Below, one piece after another: positions 1 through 6,126 of a stretch of DNA of 12,662 bases. The notes below the pieces were generated by a model. That model saw only the letters and a program-made list of their open reading frames with translations, did not search any database and was not told the origin of the DNA. The DNA lies in IMG/VR virus record IMGVR_UViG_3300029873_000363, positions 1-12,662 of that record, one strand, 5' to 3'. The translations under genes and the position numbers were made by a program. Numbering within the stretch: the stretch's first letter is position 1; every line of letters begins with the position of its first letter. This stretch comes from a virus (lineage: Duplodnaviria > Heunggongvirae > Uroviricota > Caudoviricetes).

Positions 1-249
1 ATGCGTATTGAAATCTGCATAGCCAAAGAAAAAATGACTAAAATGCCAACCGGTGCTGTGGATGCGTTAAAGGAAGAATTAACCCGACGCATCAGTAAAC
101 GTTATGACGATGTAGAGGTGATCGTAAAAGCCACCAGCAACGATGGCCTTTCTGTTACGCGCACCGCCGATAAAGATTCAGCTAAAACTTTTGTTCAGGA
201 GACTCTGAAAGATACCTGGAAGTCTGCTGACGAGTGGTTTTTTCACTAA
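1..249 (+). CDS. DinI-like protein (SOS/RecA modulator family), 82 aa
   Basis: ORF begins at window position 1 with MRIEI...; the translation has the DinI-family signature as I remember it (MRIE N-terminus, ~80 aa, acidic C-terminus ending ...[11 protein letters not shown], cf. DinI ...TWESADDWF). The upstream promoter and any LexA box lie outside the window. Confidence 0.75.
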   Translation: MRIEICIAKEKMTKMPTGAVDALKEELTRRISKRYDDVEVIVKATSNDGLSVTRTADKDSAKTFVQETLKDTWKSADEWFFH

Positions 250-574
250 TTAACACGTAAAATCGGTAACGGCTGGAAATCATTCAATACTCGCACTATC
301 GAAAGTTCGCTAGCCAGCCGTGGCACGTTCTTGCATACGATGTGCTACGGTTTCATTCATCTCCGACCGGAAACTTCTTATACAAAGTCGATACGCCAAC
401 ATCATAAATGATCGCCACATTCTAGCGAGGAACTCCTGATGCAATTAGTCGCCCGGCCTGCGCCCATTGTTCTGGTGTTTGTTACTATGAGTGTGCAGAA
501 AAATATCGTATAATGCTCTCCTCAGCATCCGTAAAGTATCACGAACTTAGCTTTTAAATAACAAACAACCAGAT

Positions 575-604
575 TTTACACTTCATTAAATTTAGGACTA
601 ATAT
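575..604 (+). promoter_or_regulatory. Putative sigma70 promoter for the acetyltransferase gene
   Basis: TTTACA at 575-580 (-35-like), 18-bp spacer, TAATAT at 599-604 (-10-like), followed by an AAGGAG Shine-Dalgarno at 622-627 and a GTG start at 634. Read by eye only. Confidence 0.3.
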
Positions 605-633
605 GGTCGAAAGTAATAATTAAGGAGATTATC

Positions 634-1206
634 GTGTTATCTTACTTAATAGCAATTCATTTTGTTTTACTTGGGAATTCTTCTGATTTAAAAAGCTTTT
701 GGAAATCTGAAGTAATACGGCGGGAGTATATGGATATCTGGAGGCTTTTCAGAGAAAAAAAACAGCGTAACAGGAATTTCCTTTTCTGGTGGCGGCTGGC
801 TAACGAAATGTATATTAATGGTAATAAATTACATAAGAAAGCTGCTAAAAAGTTAAACAATAAAATAATTAACAAATTTGGTTGCGAGATTGGACTGGGA
901 GCAAAAATTGGAAAAGGGCTAACAATTCCTCATCACGTTGGAATTGTTGTTCATTTTGCTGTTGATGCTGGTGAAAATTTGGTGTTACGACAGAATACTA
1001 CGATTGGACAGATAGATGGTGACATACCTGGTTCAAGAGTAAAAATTGGTAGTAACGTTGATATCGGAGCTAATTGTTGCATCATTGGATTATCACGTAA
1101 AATCGGGGATAATGTAAAAATAGGCGCAATGTCTTTTATAAATAAAGATATACCATCAAACTGCACATATATAACTAAAAAGAGCGGTGTTGTATTGTAT
1201 AAATAG
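634..1206 (+). CDS. Hexapeptide-repeat (left-handed beta-helix) acetyltransferase, serine-acetyltransferase/WcaB/NodL-like family
   Basis: GTG start at 634 with a strong AAGGAG SD 6 nt upstream. The C-terminal half shows tandem [LIV]-G-x4 hexapeptide repeats (AKIGKGLTIPHHVGIVV..., VKIGSNVDIGANCCIIG..., KIGDNVKIGAMSF) that align with the CysE/WcaB catalytic domain. The gene is visibly AT-rich compared with the flanking tail genes. An alternative in-frame ATG start exists at 730. Confidence 0.7.
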   Translation: MLSYLIAIHFVLLGNSSDLKSFWKSEVIRREYMDIWRLFREKKQRNRNFLFWWRLANEMYINGNKLHKKAAKKLNNKIINKFGCEIGLGAKIGKGLTIPHHVGIVVHFAVDAGENLVLRQNTTIGQIDGDIPGSRVKIGSNVDIGANCCIIGLSRKIGDNVKIGAMSFINKDIPSNCTYITKKSGVVLYK

Positions 1207-1214
1207 AGCACATA

Positions 1215-1254
1215 AAGCCATCGATATTTCTATCGATGGCTTTTTCTTTTTATT
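1215..1254. terminator. Rho-independent terminator, probably bidirectional, between convergent genes
   Basis: Perfect inverted repeat AAAGCCATCGATA (1215-1227) / TATCGATGGCTTT (1231-1243) followed by a T-tract TTTTTCTTTTTATT on the plus strand. It sits immediately 3' of the acetyltransferase stop (1204-1206) and overlaps the tfa stop (1250-1252, minus). Confidence 0.6.
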
Positions 1255-1828
1255 GTGGGGCGACTGGCCACTCAATATCCGCTGCTACTGTTGTATCAAC
1301 ACGGTTCAGCAACACCCGATACTTTTTCCAGGCTTCCAGCAACGAGTTTTCTTCCTCCGTTGCGATTTCCAGATCTGCAGCATCCTGAAGCGGCGCAATA
1401 TGCTCACTGGCTACCTGCATCAGGTTGTTTTTTGTTTCTTCCGCCTCCCGGATCCGGAACAGTTTTTCTGCTTCCGTATCCTTCACCCAGGCTGTGCCGT
1501 TCCACTTCTGAAACTCCCCTTCCGGCGATAACCAGGTAACATTTTCCGGTAACGGACCGAGTTCAGAAATAAATAACGCGTCGCCGGAAGCCACGTCATA
1601 AACCGTTTTACCCCGATGGTCTTCAACGAGATGCCACGATGACTCATCACTGTTGAAAACAGCCACGAAGCCAGCCGGAATATCTGGCGGTGCAATATCG
1701 GTACTGTTTGCTGGCAGACCTGTATGAGGCGGAATATATGCGTCACCTTCACCAATAAATTCATTAGTTCCGGCCAGCAGATTATAAATTTTTATGGTCC
1801 GTGGTTGTTCAGTCATTCTAAAATCCAT
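1250..1828 (-). CDS. tfa: Tail fiber assembly protein Tfa (lambda Tfa homolog)
   Basis: Translation ...[60 protein letters not shown]... matches lambda Tfa as I remember it. The ORF track starts at a GTG (1834), but the ATG at 1828 preceded by GAGGTG is the likelier start (MDFRMTEQ... vs lambda MAFRMSEQ...). Confidence 0.9.
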   Translation of the reverse strand: MDFRMTEQPRTIKIYNLLAGTNEFIGEGDAYIPPHTGLPANSTDIAPPDIPAGFVAVFNSDESSWHLVEDHRGKTVYDVASGDALFISELGPLPENVTWLSPEGEFQKWNGTAWVKDTEAEKLFRIREAEETKNNLMQVASEHIAPLQDAADLEIATEEENSLLEAWKKYRVLLNRVDTTVAADIEWPVAPQ

Positions 1829-1836
1829 GTTCACCT

Positions 1837-2727
1837 CTACTTAATATCAGAGACAGAATATTGTTTATTGAGCGTATGGGTGGGAGCACCAATAACGATG
1901 CTACTTCCGTGGCTATGTGCGCCAGAGGTGAGATTGCCTACGGGATTTTCTGGATTAAACCGGTGTGTATGCGAATCAGGGCGAGAGCGATTATTAGTCA
2001 GCACGTCATCAGCCTGATGCACATGGCTAATACAGAACTGCCCGGAACGTGAGCAATACGTCCGATAATCGCCGCATCCAATATATTTAGTATCCGCATA
2101 ACGGCAAACAGAATTACCCGGACAGTATGCATATGTGCCAAATACTGCCGACTGGCGGGATTGTGCGTATTCCCAGTTAATTGATTCTGTTTTTTTATTA
2201 AAGTTATCCCATGCCTGCTTCATCTGCCGGGCAACACTTTCAAACGGCACCTGACCACATCCGGCTCCCATTGCAGGGAATACCACAGTTTTTATTTTCC
2301 TGTCTGTCGTTGCGTGTTTATTGTGCTGAAAGATGGCAAGCAGAGCGGCCCAGGTTGCGTTATATACAGCGTCTGTTCCGTCAATTGTCAGCTGAACACG
2401 CATTGTTGGCGCATGTACCAGCCAGGGGTGATGATTATGCCCCGTTTCAATTACAAATGCAGAACCTACAGGCTGTTCGCCTAAATATTCACGAAGAATA
2501 TGATTCTGAACGCGGGACTGTAACTGAGTACCGAAGAATGCGGTAATGGCGGCATCAACGCCGCCATCCATCAGGCCGAAACTATTTGCCGCACTTACCA
2601 TGCAGTCAAATTCTCTGATTGTTTCAAATGGCTTTCCGACAATATTCACATTATCTGCGTTTGCAAATACCCGCTTAAATGCTTCCGCCATTTCTGTTAC
2701 TGGTGCAGAAAGAATGAGCGTAATCAT
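1837..2727 (-). CDS. Hypothetical protein with macro-domain-like N-terminus and Cys/His-rich C-terminus, inserted between stf and tfa
   Basis: 296-aa ORF whose ATG overlaps the stf stop (ATGA, revcomp of 2724-2727) and whose TAG stop (1837-1839) lies 8 nt before the tfa ATG. The N-terminal ~170 aa carry macro-domain-like motifs: [21 protein letters not shown] (cf. D-x-IVNAAN-x-L-x-GGGVdgAI), GSAFVIETG...WLVHAP, and [14 protein letters not shown] (cf. AFPxISTGxxGxP). The C-terminal ~100 aa have five Cys and several His ([39 protein letters not shown]...SGAHSHGSS). Confidence 0.6.
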   Translation of the reverse strand: MITLILSAPVTEMAEAFKRVFANADNVNIVGKPFETIREFDCMVSAANSFGLMDGGVDAAITAFFGTQLQSRVQNHILREYLGEQPVGSAFVIETGHNHHPWLVHAPTMRVQLTIDGTDAVYNATWAALLAIFQHNKHATTDRKIKTVVFPAMGAGCGQVPFESVARQMKQAWDNFNKKTESINWEYAQSRQSAVFGTYAYCPGNSVCRYADTKYIGCGDYRTYCSRSGQFCISHVHQADDVLTNNRSRPDSHTHRFNPENPVGNLTSGAHSHGSSIVIGAPTHTLNKQYSVSDIK

Positions 2728-5393
2728 GCAAGCCTCACAATATAGTTAAATGCGATGTTTTTGACGGTGTTTTCCGCGTTACCAGCAGCGTTAACGGTGA
2801 TGGTGTGTCCATGTGAACCAATCGCAACGGAGTGCGCATGAGCACCAATTGGAACAGAGTGCGCATGGTTACCTGTAGTGCTTGTGGCACCAGACCAGGT
2901 TCTGGAAGCGTTAAAGTTTACAGGAACACCATAAGTAAATTGAGAGCCCGTAAATCCATGGGCTGGCGCAGAGCCACCCAGTGTAAATGCTCCACTTGCT
3001 GTATAGAAATTACCGCTATCACTTCTGAAGTAACCGAGAGTACCGGTAATTTCCATAGTGCCTCGGCTGTGGTTATGGTCACCAGTGGCATTTGAAGACT
3101 TAGTACCATAATCAAACGACGACGTGGTTTTCGTCCCCAAATCCGTACTGGATGCACTGGCGCTGTGGGCGTGCGATTTAATGCCGTCCTGTTCCTGAGA
3201 CAATACGGCACGACCACTGGCAGGTTTGCCCTTAATCGTCCAGCCACGCATATCAGGGATCACGCCTGACGGATAAGCGGCTGCAAGTTTCGGGTAGGCA
3301 GATTTGTCAAAAGTCTGCCCCTGCATCAGGGCATAACCAGACGGAACGGTATCCGATGGCCACGGGATTGGTGCGCCAGGCGGATAAAACTGCTCTGATG
3401 GCGTATAGAGTGAATAAACTGTACCGTCCGTTAACCCTTCCGGCTTATTAGCAGAATATGCTGGTGACGTATGAATCGTCACGCTGGCATTACTGGTATA
3501 ATCCCATTGAATATTTACACCAGTCGCATAATTTCCGATTGCAACGTAAATATCGTAAGTATCACCAGATGTATTGACCCAGGCAAAATTTGTAAACCCT
3601 GTCGATGTGCGCTGCCATAAAGCACCAGTAATCCCCTTCGGATTACCATTACCTGCACGCAAAACAAGTTCAGATATACCTGCCTGTTGAGGTGAACCGA
3701 CGTTAAATCCAGCGCCACCAATCAACGTAATTGAAACAACAGAACTCGCCTGTGGCATGGTTACCGTTGCTAATTTGAACCAACCAGCACCACCGCTGAA
3801 TGACATTGTTGTTGAGTTAAGCGTACCAATATCTTTCGGCGTCAGTGTTATATCCTCCGAAAGCGCCTTACCATTCACCTTACGGTCAGAAGGTACCCGA
3901 TCATTCGCATTGTCATTCGCTGCTTTAACTGCCTTCGGTGTCGCGGCAAGCGTTTCAGACGTACTGTTGGTCGCACTGCTGAGCTGTACTATCCCCTTTT
4001 TCGTCGTGCTCGCATCCTCAAGCGCCACGGCGGATGCAATATCCTCTGCCCGTTTTGCCGCTGTCTCAGCGCGCGTTGCTGCGGATTCTGCCGTACTTTT
4101 GCTCTGTGCTGCCGCTGTCGCACTGCCAGCAGCCTCTGTCGCCTTTGTGGATGCCGTCGTGGCGCTGCTCTTCGCTGCTGACGCCTGTCTGGTCGCCTCA
4201 TCTTTTGAAGCAGACGCCGATGATGCCGATGACGCCGCCGAACTGGCGGACGATGCCGCTGCCGTTTTTGAGGATTCTGCGCTGGTTTCCGACGCTTTCG
4301 CGTTCGTTTCGGATGTCTTCGCTGAGGAAGCAGACCTCGCTGCTGCGCTGGCCTGTTCAGTGGCTTCGCCAGTCTTCGTTGTGGCTGTTGAAGCGGATGA
4401 TGCGGCGCTTTCTGCCGATTTTCCGGCGGCGGTGGCACTGACTGAGGCCTGCCCGGCACTTATTGATGCGGCACTGGCGGACGACGCAGCCGCTGTTTTT
4501 GAATCTGCCGCAGCTGAGGCACTCTGTCCCGCTGCCGTTTCAGAAGACCTGGCGTTCGTCTCGGACGTTTTGGCCGCCTTCGCAGAATTTGCTGTCGCCG
4601 TTGCCGAGGAAGCTGCGCTGCTGGCGCTCGAGGCTGCGCTCGTTTCTGATGATTTTGCCGCCTCTTTTGAAGCCGACGCATCCCGGGCTGAGGTGGCAGC
4701 TTCTGACGCTTTCGTGGTCGCGGTGGATGCAGAAGTGGCTGCTGATTGTTGTGACGCTGCGGCATTCGTTTCTGACGTTTTCGCCGCAGCGGCACTGGTG
4801 GCCGCCGCGCTTTTTGAGGACTCTGCAGCGGCAGCACTTTTTTCCGCTTCAGTGGCCTTTGTTGATGCCGTTTCTGCGCTGGAAGACGCTGACTGAGCCG
4901 ACGACGCGGCCTGTCCGGCTGACGTGCTGGCTGCGCGTGCTGAGCCTGCAGCATCAGTCGCATGGGTTGCCGCCTCACGGGCTGATGTGCTGGCATCGCC
5001 GGCTGACTTCTTCGCGGCTGCCGTGTTCTGTGCCACTGCGGACGCGTTACGCTCCACCTCTTCCACCATCACTTCAAAACGGCGCAGTGCCTCCGGTCGG
5101 ACATCATCCTCCGTCATGGCACCGAGAAAATCATTCAGCGTACCTGGTCTGGAACCTTCATAGACGGTAATGGTCCCGGCATGTGAAGGCGGAAAACCTT
5201 CAACCAGCAGGGTGACGCTGTACTGACCATGCTCAACATCCATGCTGTAACGCCCGGCTTCATCCGGATTTTCAGATGCCAGCGTGTTCACCACCACCGT
5301 GGTACTGTTACGTTTTGCTTTCAGCTGGATTGTGCAGTTCTGTACCGGTTTTCCTGTGCCGTCTTTCAGTACACCTGAAATTTTTACTGCCAT
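2724..5393 (-). CDS. stf: Side tail fiber protein Stf (lambda Stf homolog), 889 aa
   Basis: N-terminus [37 protein letters not shown]... is lambda-Stf-like. A long Ala/Ser/Thr-rich repetitive shaft follows. The C-terminus has the conserved tail-fiber tip motifs (GAPIPWPSD..., [25 protein letters not shown], repeated HxH: [26 protein letters not shown]) and ends ...[11 protein letters not shown]. The ORF is intact here. Confidence 0.9.
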   Translation of the reverse strand: MAVKISGVLKDGTGKPVQNCTIQLKAKRNSTTVVVNTLASENPDEAGRYSMDVEHGQYSVTLLVEGFPPSHAGTITVYEGSRPGTLNDFLGAMTEDDVRPEALRRFEVMVEEVERNASAVAQNTAAAKKSAGDASTSAREAATHATDAAGSARAASTSAGQAASSAQSASSSAETASTKATEAEKSAAAAESSKSAAATSAAAAKTSETNAAASQQSAATSASTATTKASEAATSARDASASKEAAKSSETSAASSASSAASSATATANSAKAAKTSETNARSSETAAGQSASAAADSKTAAASSASAASISAGQASVSATAAGKSAESAASSASTATTKTGEATEQASAAARSASSAKTSETNAKASETSAESSKTAAASSASSAASSASSASASKDEATRQASAAKSSATTASTKATEAAGSATAAAQSKSTAESAATRAETAAKRAEDIASAVALEDASTTKKGIVQLSSATNSTSETLAATPKAVKAANDNANDRVPSDRKVNGKALSEDITLTPKDIGTLNSTTMSFSGGAGWFKLATVTMPQASSVVSITLIGGAGFNVGSPQQAGISELVLRAGNGNPKGITGALWQRTSTGFTNFAWVNTSGDTYDIYVAIGNYATGVNIQWDYTSNASVTIHTSPAYSANKPEGLTDGTVYSLYTPSEQFYPPGAPIPWPSDTVPSGYALMQGQTFDKSAYPKLAAAYPSGVIPDMRGWTIKGKPASGRAVLSQEQDGIKSHAHSASASSTDLGTKTTSSFDYGTKSSNATGDHNHSRGTMEITGTLGYFRSDSGNFYTASGAFTLGGSAPAHGFTGSQFTYGVPVNFNASRTWSGATSTTGNHAHSVPIGAHAHSVAIGSHGHTITVNAAGNAENTVKNIAFNYIVRLA
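3986..5066 (-). repeat. Low-complexity Ala/Ser/Thr-rich repetitive region of the Stf shaft
   Basis: Stf residues ~110-470 are degenerate repeats such as [21 protein letters not shown]. The corresponding GC-rich DNA yields long spurious ORFs on other frames and the opposite strand (Ala-rich and Arg/Pro-rich artefacts). Confidence 0.5.
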
Positions 5394-5402
5394 ATTCCCC
5401 CC

Positions 5403-5430
5403 ACAAAAAAGCCCGCCTGAACCGGCGGGC
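5403..5430 (-). terminator. Rho-independent terminator downstream of lom
   Basis: Stem GCCCGCC (5411-5417) / GGCGGGC (5424-5430) with a 6-nt loop; on the minus strand the hairpin is followed by TTTTTTGTGG (complement of the A-run at 5405-5410). It lies 28 nt 3' of the lom stop and about 10 nt 5' of the stf start. Confidence 0.6.
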
Positions 5431-5457
5431 TGTCATAACACTGTGTTACCTGGCTAA

Positions 5458-6057
5458 TCAGAATTTATAACCGACACCAACGATGAAACTGTTGGTACGC
5501 CAGTCACCGCTGCCGGAGCCTTCATAAGCGACATCAACGGCCACGGATTCGGTCGGGTTAAACTGCACGCCAGCCCCCCACGCCAGAGACGTGTTGCTGT
5601 GGCGACCGTCATCACTTCCGGTCAGCACATCGTGCGTTTTCCCCGTATTGTCGGTCACCTGCAGATAATCCCCGGAGAAAGTCGACACACGGCTGTAAGC
5701 CACACCCGCCATCGCATACGCGCTGAACCATTCATTCACGCGCACAGACGGCCCCGCCATCACGCTGAACCAGCGGTTACGCACGGAATCTTCATGCCAG
5801 CGGGTATCGCTGTAATGGGTCAGCTGGCGATTCTTGTCTCCTGCATAGCTGAATGACGTCACCATCCCCAGTGTGTCCGTAAACTCATAACGGTATTTCA
5901 CGTTAATCCCGTTCAGATCATCGCTGCCGGGAACGTTCGTCGAGGCATGAAGATACCCCGCGCTCAGCGTGGACTGATGTTCAGATGCCCATGCAGGCGC
6001 ACCGGATACGGCCAGACAAATGGCTGCGGAAAAAATGGCGGCATAAAGTTTACGCAT
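5458..6057 (-). CDS. lom: Outer-membrane protein Lom (Ail/OmpX/PagC family beta-barrel), lysogenic-conversion gene
   Basis: Translation MRKLYAAIFSAAICLAVSGAPAWASEHQSTLSAGYLHAS... has a signal peptide (cleavage after AWA), alternating beta-strand pattern and C-terminal ...GVGYKF. It closely resembles lambda Lom as I remember it. RBS GAGAGG precedes the ATG. Confidence 0.92.
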   Translation of the reverse strand: MRKLYAAIFSAAICLAVSGAPAWASEHQSTLSAGYLHASTNVPGSDDLNGINVKYRYEFTDTLGMVTSFSYAGDKNRQLTHYSDTRWHEDSVRNRWFSVMAGPSVRVNEWFSAYAMAGVAYSRVSTFSGDYLQVTDNTGKTHDVLTGSDDGRHSNTSLAWGAGVQFNPTESVAVDVAYEGSGSGDWRTNSFIVGVGYKF

Positions 6058-6081
6058 AATTACCTCTCGCTTTTCTGCAAT

Positions 6082-6108
6082 AAAAAAGGCACCATTTCTG
6101 GTGCCCTT
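6082..6108 (-). terminator. Hairpin terminator between J and lom
   Basis: Imperfect inverted repeat GGCACCA (6088-6094) / TGGTGCC (6099-6105); on the minus strand it is followed by TTTTTTATTG (complement of the A-run at 6082-6087), directly 3' of the J stop. Confidence 0.45.
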
Positions 6109-6126
6109 ATATGGGTTATAACAATT

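Noticed and set aside
131-138. Chi octamer (GCTGGTGG on the minus strand; ccaccagc on the plus strand)
   Set aside because: A single 8-mer occurrence in 12.6 kb of two-stranded sequence is within chance expectation, so no inference is drawn.
272-318. Inverted repeat GGCTGG...CCAGCC downstream of the DinI-like gene as a possible terminator
   Set aside because: Short stem with a loop of about 35 nt and no following T-tract; not a convincing terminator.
1187-1764. ORFs 1187..1531 (+), 1255..1539 (+) and 1483..1764 (-) overlapping tfa
   Set aside because: They are alternative frames or the opposite strand of tfa, whose translation matches lambda Tfa; none has a convincing RBS.
1861-2749. Plus-strand ORFs 1861..2052, 2211..2546 and 2546..2749, antisense to the macro-domain ORF, plus the plus-strand ORF 1724..2017 spanning the tfa/inserted-ORF junction
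   Set aside because: They are short, lack start signals and overlap the longer, translationally coupled minus-strand ORFs.
3757-4896. 379-aa Ala-rich ORF on the plus strand, with Arg/Pro-rich minus-strand ORFs at 3989..4459 and 4460..4996 and plus-strand ORFs at 4034..4441 and 4463..5170
   Set aside because: All lie inside the GC-rich repetitive shaft of stf. Their extreme low-complexity composition is the expected by-product of translating a repeat-rich gene in the wrong frame or strand.
3986-5066. Possible CRISPR array suggested by repetitive DNA
   Set aside because: The repeats are degenerate, in-frame coding repeats of the Stf shaft without regular repeat-spacer architecture.
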